DNA of 64,000 bases from Trichodelitschia bisporula. Its lineage: Eukaryota. The position numbers and the translations under genes were made by a program. Of this stretch, positions 24,015 to 35,740 are shown piece after piece. Under the pieces are notes generated by a model that ran no database searches, was not told the DNA's origin, and saw nothing but the letters and a program-made list of their open reading frames with translations. Position 1 is the first letter of the stretch. Every line of letters begins with the position of its first letter. The DNA lies in the NCBI GenBank assembly GCA_010356995.1, contig ML996688.1, positions 682,001 to 746,000 of the forward strand, read 5' to 3'.

Positions 24015-26334
24015 CTACCGAGCGCCCATCTTTATGATCCGAGTCTTCACCAAGAAGGGGCTGGGCATGTCGTCCTTCTCAGGATCCCAGACCGGTACTT
24101 CTTTGTCCGCCATGCGGGCAGCCACCCGGATGGTAGCGTTCGGGACGTCCTTGTCGCCACCACGAGCATGGGAGAGCTCCACAAGCGTGCGTCCCTGAAG
24201 CTGGTTCCGGAATGCCGTTTTGATCATGCCTTCATCCTTTTTGCTCTTCAAAGCAGGTTCCTTGGTTCCCTTGCGCACCGGGCTCCCAGCCTCGTTGACC
24301 TTCGCGGCACCAATCACCAGCGTACGGCCTCGAACAGGGCTCCCAGCGCGAACACGGGTGGGGCTGGTAGCGACAACAGGCACAGTGCTGACGGCACGCT
24401 TCACATTGGCGCCCGCATTCACAGCCGCCTGAGCGAAGATGTTGCCACCGCTAGCCATGCGCTTCGCATTCGCAGGAAGAGTGGTCTTAGCGCGTCCAAG
24501 GCTAGGCCGCTTCGACTTGAACAGACCGCGAGTCGGGCTAGGGAGAGTAACGATATCGTCGTCATCGGAGAGGTGCCCATCATGCTCGGTGTCGCTGATG
24601 TGAGGCGAGTTGAGCGCGGACGCGTTAGTCGCCTGCCAGCGGTCTTCCCCGAAAAGGTTGCCCTTCATCTTCGGCCCAGTCTGGCCGGCACCCGTGCGGC
24701 GTGGAGAAAGTGAGAGGCCCGCAATGGACATGGGAGACGGGTCGGCCATGTGGACATCCATCGGAGAAGGAACGTTGTTGACGAACATCGTCTGAGCGCG
24801 CGTGAATGGCGTCCGCGCACTACGCTTCATGGGTTTCACCTTGGAGAGTGTAGGAGATTCGAGCGACAGAGACGAAATGTCGGTTCCAGAAGGAAGCTCC
24901 GAAGAGTCGGCTGCGCTCACTGTAAGGGACGGGACGGAGTCCTCCGACGATGCCGAGTTCTGCAACGCACCGGCTTCGAGGGATGGGGTGCTTGAACGAG
25001 GCTGCTCGGCAGCTGCAATGGCTTGTTGAGCAGATACAAGCTTCAACTGCTCTGCAACCTTTTGGCTGACTTCAGTCGCAAAAATCTCCCGCAGGTGATC
25101 AGTCTCCTTTAGGACTTGCTTGTCAATCTCAAGCCGCGCCTTGACTTCCCACTCCCGACGGACCGTGGCGTCCAGTTCGGCACGCATGGCATCACGCTCG
25201 GCATCGAGTCTAGCGATGCGGTCGGCCGCCTCCTTTTGCATGCGCTCGGCCAATTCCTTTTCCTTCTTCAGCTGCTTGCCAAGGTGAACCACCTCTTGCT
25301 CCTTCCTCATGAGCTTGACGACGGGTAAGTTCAAGAGATGGGCAGTGTCTGGCCGATTATTGGGGTTAACTTGCAGACAGCTGGTGATGACGCGCTGCAG
25401 TTCAGGCGAGTAAACAGGCGGGATAGGCGCGACGCGGCCCGTCTTGATCTTGTGGAAGAGCTCAATGTGCGTCCGGGCGTTGAACGGAGGCTCCTTCGCG
25501 CACAGCTCGTACATGAGACAGCCCAGCGACCAGATATCCGAGTAAAGGCTGTAGCGCTCCGCCGCGCAAATCTCCGGAGACATGTAGTACGGCGTGCCAA
25601 CGTACGTCGAAGCGAAATCGTGCGACTGGAGGATCTTTGAGAGGCCGAAATCGCCGAGCTTGACGGAATTCTCATCATCAAGGAAGACTGTTCTGTTAGC
25701 GTTTGGTAGCACTTCTAGCGGGCGGGAACCTTACCGTTTTCAGGCTTCAAGTCCCGGTGCAGAATCATGTACTGCATCTGCTTGCTCTTAAGCGCCCTCC
25801 CGTTGTTTCCAGTGCTCATGACATTGCGTCCAACTTCAGGCGGAGCCTCGCCATAGTGACAGCGGTAAAGAGCCGAGACGAGCTGAGCGAAGATGCTCCA
25901 AACGAATTCTTCGTCGGCGTACTGATTGTGCAACTTCAACTTCTTGATGACCCTGCTGAGATCACCATTGCCGCAGTATTCCATGTACAAGTGCAGGTCT
26001 TGGGTAGTCTTGAGGTGGTCGCGCTCGAAGTACCGGACAATGTTCGGATGGCGCAGTTCCTTGAGAATGGACAACTCGGCCTGCAACTGCTCCCGCTCCT
26101 TCGGGGACATGCGAGTGTAGCTGATTTCCTTACGGCAGAGAATCTGTTGCGCCATGAGTATTTGATATCGCAATACCTGGGGATGTACTCACCAGGCCGT
26201 CGGACTTGCGACGCACTTTGTGGATGACCCCAAAGGATCCATGGCCTGCGAGTTAAGTCAGCGATGGCGACGCGTCCATTGACGATCTGCATACCAATTT
26301 TCTCTAACACTTCATACTTCTCGGAGTCCGCCAT
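24015..26334 (-). CDS. nimA: G2-specific Ser/Thr kinase NimA (NEK family)
   Basis: Exons 26334-26295, 26245-26193, 26143-25735 and 25687-24015. YEVLEKIGHGSFG, HPNIV, HRDLKPEN, KLGDFGLSK and FASTYVGTPYYMSPE, followed by a coiled coil and the C-terminal WDPEKDDMPSPF motif. Confidence 0.96.
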
Positions 26335-26740
26335 TGTGAAAGCAAAATGGGGGACGAGTGTGTGTAGTGTTAATGGGAAGAGTGGGTGAAGGGATACTGA
26401 ACCAAGGTTGAGGTACTTGGTTCTGAAGGAGTATTGGTAGTGTACCTTGTAGATGTGCAGGCTTCTGTTGACAAGCCCTGCATGCATATGGTTGCTCAGC
26501 AACGCGTCTCGCATGGTGGTATGTGCGTTGTGGGGGCCCGTGCGTTCTTGCATGCGGTGATAAGATTAGATCTTGGTCGGCCCGAAAGCGGAGCGTGCCT
26601 GCCGGAGTTAACACTCGTGAATGACGACAGGTGGGATGGGAAGGCCGTCGTCGGAGTATTCACAGGTTTTATCTCATCTTTTTGTTTTTCCTGTTCCCGT
26701 TGCACCTTTCCTTTCGTCTCATCCGCACGCGCATAGAATA

Positions 26741-28759
26741 ATGGTCTCAAGCAAGCATGATATCGAGGCTGCACTTCTTGCCGAAAAGCGGGCCATATCT
26801 GCTGGCCAGCTCAAGGAAGACAACCCGTTAGATCTTAGCGATGATTTTAAACACTTTTGCGAAGCTTGTAGGAGAGGAGATCTGAAGGTCTGTCAGGAGA
26901 TGATTATGCAAGGAGTCAACATCAATGCACGGGATAGTTTCGACAACACCCCGCTCATTCTGGTGAGAGCCCCGGTATCGTCGGTGGCGTCGAGTTCTAC
27001 GACGCCTTACATAGCAAGAAACTGGTTGCTGATTGCTATTTATACAAGGCTAGCCTCTGTGGCCATTATGAAGTAGTTCAGCTTCTCCTAGAGTCCGGTG
27101 CTCTCTGCGAACGAGACACCTTTCAAGGCGAACGCTGCCTGTACAATGCGTTGAACAATCGCATCCGCAATCTTCTCCTCGAATATGACTACTCCAAATC
27201 CACCGATCCCTTGCAGCCTCTCGCCGCGCACGTCGCTTCCTTACTGAGTCGAGAGCATCCCAAGACGTCTGACCTGGCACTTGTAACCGAAACAGAGGTC
27301 TTTCACATTCACAAGTTCCTGGCTGCCACACGATCCCCCTACTTTGCTCGACGGCTGGCCGCTGCGCCGGGAGTGCGGTCGTGGAAGGTACCAAACGGTT
27401 TACATTCAGAGTCGCTTCAGGCCGCGCTCCGCTTCCTCTACCTGGGCGAGGTGACAGCCGACCTGGGCGAAGGAGAGAAGGAGCAGGAGATATTGACGGG
27501 CATCGACAAGCTCAGCCGGCAACTGGAAATTCCGCGTCTGTTCGAGCACATTTTGGAAAGCGGCGATAGGCGGCTGGTCCGCCAAAGGCGCACGGAGGAA
27601 GTGAGCCGAGGCCGGGACGAGCTGGATGCATTCTTTCGAGGAAATGTGGTTAAATACAAGATCGAGGTCGATACCAGCAAAGCGGAAGACGTAAAATGGG
27701 ATAAGAACAATTACATTTTTGCCGACATCCTCTTACGAGCCGATGAGGATCCCTTGGAGCCGGAAGCCGAGGAGCCACCACCAGTTGTCCGCAAGGTGGC
27801 AGGGCCGTTGAACGGAATTCCCATCGGCCCCTTCTCAAGCGATTCTTGGTCACCGTCTCGGACGCGAAAGCCTCGGAGATCAGTGCTTTACCCCGCACAC
27901 AAGGCGATGCTCTTACGCTCCGAGTACTTTCTCACCATGTTCTCGTCGTCATTCAAAGAGGCCCAGGACACAGAGTATCTGCAGATTGTTACGATAGACT
28001 GCACCCCGGAGGTGCTAGAAGTTATCCTCACGTTTCTATACACCGAGAAGGCCGATTTTGGGCTAGATGTGGCCATTGATGTCTTGTTTACTGCGGACCT
28101 TCTTTTTATTGAGAAGCTCAAGGTTCGGGCTGCACAAATCATTAGCACACTCGGCAATGGTGGAGCGTCGGTTGTGGAGGCGGACAATTCAAGAGGCGAG
28201 GCGGGCGCCGAAGAAATCGACATCTATGATGTTATCAGGGCCGGGTGGGATACGCGGGTCCAGAGACTGGAAGAGTTTGGTGCTAGATACCTCGCCCAAC
28301 GTCTTGAACATCACATCGATCGAGAAGAGTTCGCCGAGCTGGTCAAAGAAAGTGCCGCACGGGTCAAAAACCGTCAGGAAACGGACACAGTAGAACTCAT
28401 CGATGAGTATGCCATTCTGTACACTATTCACTATTCTGTTGTACTAACGGACGCTCAGTATCCGCTATGAGCTCTCAGAACGTTACCGGCTTCGGTTCGA
28501 AGAAGCTGGCATAGATGAGATGGAGGAAGCCGCAGGAGGACTCCTACAGGACAGTGGCAGCTCGGAAACTGGCCAGTCACCACCACAGAACTTCCAGTCG
28601 ATATATGCACCCGAGATCGATGGAGAACTCCAGCATGGAGTAATCCGAACACTCGACGGTGAGATTGCAGGTGACGAATTTGCCCAGGACGCCATGAACT
28701 ACCAGATCCTACTCGGCAAGATTGACACATTGCTCGCGAGCCTGAACCTCGACGCTTAG
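26741..28759 (+). CDS. Ankyrin repeat and BTB/POZ domain protein (ABTB1/Btb3-like Cul3 adaptor)
   Basis: Introns 26963-27048 and 28407-28458. Ankyrin CEACRRGD...NINARDSFDNTPLILASLCGH, then CERDTFQGERCLYNAL and two BTB domains (FHIHKFLAATRSPYF; YPAHKAMLLRSEYF). Confidence 0.92.
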
Positions 28760-29118
28760 TGAGAAGTGTATGTGGGTTGGGTATGGCAAAGCGTCAGTAC
28801 TACAATGAAGATATGAAGCATATCACGACTTGATGTAGACTGTTCTGTAGATGTAGTCCTGATTTAGAGGACTGTAGTGAACAGCTTGACGTTCAGGCCT
28901 AGTGGGCGCATGTGCTTGCGACGCGGGCCCAGATGGTTGTTTGGCCTTGAGGTTCTGGGGTATTGCGCGGAGACCCCTGCCTTTGAAGCGCCAACCAGTG
29001 ACGTCATAGCTGGACAAGTGCACTATTCGTAGAGTCCAGACAATCGCCGCAACTCAACAGCCCATCACTTGCTTCACCCACCGACGATCTGTCATCCCCT
29101 AAGATAACCCTCGTCAAA

Positions 29119-30255
29119 ATGGGCCAACGTGAGGTTTCCGTATGCAAGTCGATACTGCGCGCTATTTTCCATGACTACAAGGACAAACGCACGCTTCTCC
29201 TCCGAATCTTCGCCTTCTTCACCTTCTTCCAGATCAGGCTTGCACGGTATAGAGAAGAACTCTTCAAGAAGCTGCGTACGGACATCTGGGGGCTGGACGA
29301 GAATGAGTACCGGGAGTCCTTCCGCTCACACGAGCGCAAGGGTAAACTCAAGGCGATGGGGGACCTTGGATACTCTGGATCAGTTAGTTACACTGCCTCG
29401 AGGCTCGCTGAAGCTTTCTAATATCTCTCATAGACGTTTTTCTCCACGCCAAATTCTAAATTCCTTATCAAATCACTCCCACGACGGTCCGAGTACACAT
29501 TTTTCTGCCGGGACCTTCTGCAGCCGTACTTCGATCATATGGTCGAGAATCCTAACTGCCTACTCGTTCGCATCACCGACCTGCTCTACTCGCCCTTTGT
29601 CACGCTTGGAGGTATTCTGGGCCTGGCTCCGCCTTGCCATATCGTGATGGAGAACATCCTATATGGCAAAGAGAGTGACAGCGAGGGAGATAAGTGGGAG
29701 ACGTACGACCTCAAACCCATCAGCTACTTTTACCCGGAGCGCGATATTGCTGGAGGAAACTTAGCTCCCGATAGTGTGAAGGAGAGGCTGTTCGACAAGT
29801 TCGAGGACACAATTCGCGTCACAGAGAACGACCGGATAATGCTTCTGCAGACTCTCCAAAAGGACACCAAGATTCTGGAAGAGTGCAACGCGGTCGACTA
29901 CTCCCTCTTCGTCGTACGCTATCCACCACCGACCGAGGGCCACGTTCGCCATATTCCCAGCTTGAAGTCACACTGCTCACAGTGGCGGTCCGGAGTTCCA
30001 TCCGTCGACGGCAAATGGATCTACAAGGTTGTCGTGCTCGACTTCTTTTGGGCAAAACACAAGTTCCAGGCCAAGGCAATGACCGGCTTGATTAGTGCTT
30101 TCAATCTCATTTCCCGGAAGGGCCATATGAGCATCACTACTGACCCTGACGAATACCGAGAACGCTTCCTGCGGATGGTGGACAGCCTAGTTGAAAGTGA
30201 TCAGACGACCGGTGTTGCAGAGACAACATCGCGCATCCCTAGCACCACTGAGTGA
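29119..30255 (+). CDS. Phosphatidylinositol-phosphate kinase (PIP5K domain), short form
   Basis: Intron 29383-29433. GDLGYSGSTFFST...KFLIKS, NPNCLLVRI, HIVMENI, YDLKP, DTKILEECNAVDYSL and P..YRERFL. Confidence 0.88.
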
Positions 30256-30887
30256 CGTCTGCGAGTCGTTTGAGAAGGGCCGGTTTGTATAGTTGGCGTT
30301 GGACTGGTGGCATAGGGTCAACGTAAATGAAGATACCCAATTTGGTGTTTAGTCGCGAGGTTTGCTATGGTGGATTCCTTTGTTTATTTACTAGTTCAGT
30401 TACACACGATTTGCTCGATGTTGAAGCTCATTAGCTGAAAATCAGCGAGCAGGTATCACTGTGTTATGTGGTGATGCCATTCTCAAGATTCTCTTGATAT
30501 AGCTGGGCAGCAAACAGCATACAGAAGTCAAGATGAAGGAGCGCAATATATCGATGGCATTACTATTGGACAAGCAGGCGCGTTGACTGGCCCAATGTCG
30601 CTTCGTGCAGATCTCAGCCGACGCCTGCAGCGAAAAGGTGACCCCATGAAGACGGAACGACCTCCTCAAACTCGTGAAACGCTCCATACAATGGCAAAGT
30701 CTTGTGGCCACGCATCAACCCGGTTTCACCTAGAGTGCTCCCGCGCCATTCGCCTGTTCGATCTACAACCTCATTGAATTTTTGGAGCTTGCATTGTTTG
30801 CTTTGGGAATTCCGACAAACCTTACGGTTGCAAGCTAGCTCCGTCTCTTCATTTCGAACCCCGCCAGCCGCGCGTTACTACGTCACA

Positions 30888-31591
30888 ATGGGCATGCTCA
30901 ACATCGTCGTCCAGGCCGCAGCGCTCAGCGCGCTGTCTAACGTCCTCGCGCAGCTCATTTCGAACTACCAAGAGAACGTAAGTGCAGTACATCTCCACAA
31001 CAGTCAAACGCGGGGTTAGGAGCGCGCGTGAGTCAAGTTCTCGTAGCTAACGCGCGTCTCTCGCGCTGCACCACAGAAGCCCCTCACGTCCTTCGATCTC
31101 AAGCCCATCATCATCTTCGTCGTCTACACCATCCTCAACACGCCCATCAACGTCCTATGGCAGGACTGGCTCGAAGACGCGTTCCCGGGCGCGCCGACCC
31201 CGCCACCCATCCGCCCCGGCGATGAGAAGAAGCCGGTGCAAGCGCCGGCGTCGAATACGCGCAATCTCGTGATCAAGTGGGTGCTGGATCAGACGGTGGG
31301 CGCGGCGGTCAACATTGGCATGTTCATTGCTGGGGTGGGGGCGCTGAAGGGGCAGGGGAAGGACCAGATCGTCGCATCGTTGCAGAATGTAGGTTCTGGA
31401 TTTGAAGTGCGGTGCTGGGAATCGATGCTAACTTGCGATAGGATATGTGGCCGATCTTTATGGCGGGGACGAAGTTGTGGCCCGCTGTTTCGGTCATCAG
31501 TTTCTCGGTCGTGCCGGTCGATAAGCGCGTCATTTTCGGGAGCGTGGCGGGTGTGGTCTGGGGTATCTACCTCAGCCTTGCGGCGAAGTGA
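30888..31591 (+). CDS. Mpv17/PMP22 family membrane protein
   Basis: Exons 30888-30977, 31077-31388 and 31442-31591. SNVLAQLI, PINVLWQDWLE, KWVLDQTVGA and LWPAVSVISFSVVPVDKRVIFGSVAGVVWGIYLSL. Confidence 0.9.
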
Positions 31592-33626
31592 GGAGATGAT
31601 CTCGGACCTCGAGAGGACACGAATATGCAAAAAGTGATGCGCGCTGCCGTTTGGCGTTTACAAAGAGCGGGGAAAGACGTGTCAATGGATAGAGCACTCA
31701 CAATGACGATATGCGGAACATGAGATAGGCTGGGAAACAACCTCTTCATCTGAATCTTCTGTCTGCGTCAGGAGTATGTGACCTGAGCAGATTCTCCGCT
31801 CCACGGCTCGAAATTTACCGGACCTCTAACAGCAGTGACAGCGGAAAGGGTAGCACGAATGGCATCATCTCGAACGAAGCATGCAACACATCAATAAGGC
31901 CGCAATCACTTTAAACGGGACAAGCTTTTCGAACAAAAGCTTCGTCATGAGCTTCTCTCCGCCCCGAAACTGGGGGAATCTTCCGTCTCCACAGGGGCCG
32001 TTGTGTGGTTTCCGGATAATCAGCTCGATCCGATGCCAAAGTTGTCGACGCCACCAGTTCTCGAATGCTCCGGAGAGCGACTTCGGGGGCGCCACCTACG
32101 CGTCGGTTGATCTCAGAGAGAATATGCTGCATTATGAGAGCAACTCTGAAGGTTAGATTTGCCACCAATCCGTGCCTGAGCTCCTGCTGTCGAACATGAA
32201 AGGCTTCAATTTGACGGCTGGTTGATGCACAGTGCTTCAATTACTTAGGCGGCGAATATTAAACAAGTAATGTTGGCCTGCAATATGTCCATCGCTGCTA
32301 CCTCCGTGCTGACCACCGACATAGATCTATCTTGGGACCAGGGTGCTCGTGCTCGTTGCCCTGAGTGTGCGGAGTATGCCACGAGGAGAGCAGCATTGCA
32401 CGCCATTGGGCTCACTGTGTGATTGGGATTGCAAACGCAGGCGCCCTCGGTGGTCGAGCCCCTTCCCCGCAAAAGCGCGGCAATTCTTCCACGATCAGTT
32501 TCGTTCCATTCTAGATTACATATTGCTCTCCCTGGAAGACGAAGGACTCGTTCCGCTCATGGACTTCCAAAGCATTACAGCAGAGCATCCTCGGAGCAAG
32601 AGCTTCATTCCGTATATTGGACGCCAAGTCCGAGCACGTCGTCAATTCCGAGTCCGACTATCGAGTATGTGTCCGTCAAGTCCGAGGAGCGGAGCAAGCA
32701 CCTCGCGTACACTTATTGTACTAGTCGGCGAAATTTGTGCCATTGCGCCCTCGGCCTCGGCCACTCCAACGTCAACCGGGTAGCCAAGCGGCGGACGCGT
32801 GCGTCCCGTTGACCAAACGAACAAGAATAGCAGCCTCCTGTTTGAACGGAGCAAAAATAACAACTGATCAAATGTCTGCGCGGCTTTAGCGGTTTGACAA
32901 GAAGTTTCTAGTGTGCAGCGCATATGTTGGACCGCGCACGCAGCGTCGAAACCAGTGGCAACGGCGCAACTTGGCGCCTGCATAAGCAGCCGAGAAGCAG
33001 CGCCGACCCGGATGGAGGTGAAAATTGGCATGAGCAAGCTTCGCCAAGTTTGCGGGGGATGGCCATGCCGCAATATGGTTAACCGGCGTAAGCTTTGAGC
33101 CCCGGCCTGCGTGGCAGCCTGTCGGATTGCGAACCTGGATCGGGACCTGGCCCGCGCGCTGTCTTTTCCGTGAAACGAGGTACCAGATTGACCACCATCC
33201 TTACTGGGCATCATCGCTTGCTACTGGTGATGTATATTGCTTGTTGCGTAAGAGAAATGTGGTCGCGCTGGCGGTCGGTAGGCTGGTGGGCTTATTGATA
33301 CAGCGCCGATGAGCTTCAGTACCATGCCGGCCGGTCAGCCGCGTCACCCCCCGGGGCTGCGGGGCTTGTTCCTGGATATAACGTCTAAGTTGACTTCATC
33401 TTAGTACGGCACGCGCAAGGCCTGAGGCGTGGGTCCGTGGGGCCTAAGGCCGCTGTTGAGCGCGGGGGCATGTGGGGCACGATGTCGGCATAGGTGCTCG
33501 GAGCCTCGTCGACGACGGGGCGAGAGCAACATCGAAATGAAGGCTGCGCAAGAGTTAATCTCGAGACGGGAAAATATCTTGGTAAGGCTTCATCTGGAGG
33601 AGGTCAGTCTCGGTGCGTCGAAGATG

Positions 33627-33634
33627 TATAAAAA
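33627..33634 (+). promoter_or_regulatory. TATA box of the KR-repeat precursor gene
   Basis: TATAAAAA about 125 nt upstream of ATG 33752. Confidence 0.6.
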
Positions 33635-33751
33635 GCATCGTCGGGTCGTTCGAGTTGGAGTTTTCCTCAGCAGTAACAGCAGTTCAATCCGGACAGCCAC
33701 TCCTTCAACACAATCCTTTCCAGACCTACCTGAGCCAGACATTCCTTCACG

Positions 33752-34778
33752 ATGCTCAACGCAGTCAAGTTCGCGATCATCGCGCTCTTCCTGAGGTAAC
33801 CCCCCCCCCCCACTTCCCCACCACAGCATCAACTAACCCATCTCCAGCACCGGCGTCATCGCCTACCCCGTCGACGCCACAGTCGACACCACCGCCGCCC
33901 TCGCCGCACCCGCCGACCGCCCCGAATGGGAGCGCGAGCGCGAGCACCGCGAACACCGCGACTGGGAGCGTGAGCACCGCGACCGCGACCGCGACCATCA
34001 CGACCGCGACCGTGGCGACCGCCGCGGCTGGAAGCGCGACGTCATTATCGCTGATACCGCTGCGGCGCCGGCCACCGAGCAGTATGATGACCGTGAGAGG
34101 GAGCGCCGCGAGCGCGAGCGCTGGGAGCGGGAGCACCGCGATGATCGCCACCGTGACGAGCACCACCGCGACGAGCGCCACCGCGATGAGCACCGTGGCG
34201 ACCGGCACGGGTGGAAGCGCGATGTCGCTGTTGCCGATGCGGCTACGGCCCCTGCGGCTGAGCAGTATGATGACCGCGAGAGGGAGCGCCGTGAGCGTGA
34301 GCGCTGGGAGCGTGAGCACCGTGATGAGCGCCATCGGGATGAGCGCCACCGCGACGAGCGCCACCGCGATGAGCACCGCGGCGACCGTAATGGGTGGAAG
34401 CGCGACGTAGCCGTCGCCGATGCGGCTGAGGGTGGTGATCGCGACCACCACGACGGGCGTGACCGCCACGACGGGCGTGATCGCCACGACCGCGACCGCG
34501 AGCACCACCGCGACGAGCACCACCGCGATGAGCACCACCGTGATGAGCACCGGGGCCGTGGCCGCGATGGCTGGAAGCGCGATGTAGCGGTTGCTGAGGC
34601 GGCGCAGGCGACTGAGGCGGTTGAGGGTGGTGATCGTGACCATCGCGACGGGCGGGACCACCGCGATGGGCGGGACCACCGCGATGAGCACCACCGTGAT
34701 GAGCGCCACCGTGATGAGCACCATCGTGACGAGCACCACCGCGATGAGCACCGTGGCCGTGGCCGCGAGGGCTGGTAG
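33752..34778 (+). CDS. Secreted KEX2-processed repeat protein (KEP) precursor, 324 aa, five His/Arg/Asp/Glu-rich repeats
   Basis: Exon 1 33752-33795, intron 33796-33847 (GTAACC...ACTAAC...CAG), exon 2 33848-34778. Signal peptide MLNAVKFAIIALFLSTGVIA. W-K-R codons start at 34029, 34212, 34395 and 34572; the protein ends GREGW*. Not in the ORF track. Confidence 0.88.
33925..34775 (+). repeat. Coding tandem repeat: ~180-nt units with nested 15-nt (CACCGCGATGAGCRC) subrepeats
   Basis: Spacing between TGGAAGCGC anchors is 183, 183 and 177 nt; nested HRDE(H/R) pentapeptides. Confidence 0.9.
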
Positions 34779-35740
34779 GGGATTTTTGGTCTGAGGAGGT
34801 GTGCTGGGAGGGAAAAGGGGAGGATGAAAGGCTGATGTGGTTTTTTTCTTATCTTTCTTTCTGTCGCTTTCGTAGTCGCTTCTTTACTTTGCCGCTGTTT
34901 GCAATGGCAGATGGCAAAATATAAGGTTCGTTGCGACTTTGGGGATGCTGTGAGTCCGATGTTGCGCTGTACGGACCCGAGGCTATGGTATGCCGACCTG
35001 CCTCACGGCGACGTCAGTGTCATGATGCTGATATCAACGTTGGCCTCTAGGGTTCTTAAATAGGTACCTATCATGGTTGGAAGGGTAATTCGCTATCCCG
35101 CATTCACGCTTTAACGTTCGTAACTGATGTGGACAAGTAGTAGAAGTATAGGCATGACACCTGCATTAGCTACTGTGTGAAATGAGAGGTTGTGGAAAAG
35201 ATGAAGAGAGGAGAGAGTCAGAGATGCTCGAGACCAAATACACTATGAGCACATCTCCATGAGCTCCTGCTTTGTCTATATCAACAAGAGCAGGAGCATT
35301 GCTGTATGCAGGAAGGAGCATATCGTGATACTTCAGGAAGCAGCATATGGGAGGCATGACGCAAACATGTATTTAGTCTCGGGCAGCTCCGCCACTAAAC
35401 CTTCTCTTGTTCTTGTTCTTCATCTTTCATTCTACTTCCACTCTGCACTCTTTTCCATTGCACATGCCTTCAGCCGTGCTCCCACTGACAACGAGGTGCC
35501 CTGACAACGGCAGCGGCATGGAATATCGTCAGGAGCATAAGTCTTGTCGGCCTGTCAGGAATGCATCCTGCACCATGCCGGCACCTCTCATCCATGTCCT
35601 CGGCCCTCAACCTCACCCCTCACTTCCGCATCGGGATAAGTATCGTCGTAGGCACACACGTACGTAAAGCACGACAACCCTCCAGCAACCCACTCCACAC
35701 CGCAACATTGCTCCGTCCAAGGCATCAGAAATTCTTCAAA

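Noticed and set aside
31860..32810. Short ORFs upstream of the KEP gene (e.g. FFHDQFRSILDYILLSLEDEGLVPLMDFQ)
   Set aside because: Patchy protein-like text but no coherent gene model or recognisable family; a relic cannot be excluded.
33613..34794. ORF-track proteins over the repeat: Thr/Ala-rich 33613-34410 (+) and hydrophobic Val/Ala-rich 33777-34751 (-)
   Set aside because: Shadow frames of the KEP repeat. Only the third frame has a TATA box, signal peptide, canonical intron, periodic KR sites and a stop that coincides with the unit end.
35018..35135. Possible C/D box snoRNA (ATGATGC...CTGA with short tgtc/gaca ends)
   Set aside because: Imperfect C box and no rRNA-complementary guide I could recognise; needs snoscan/Rfam.
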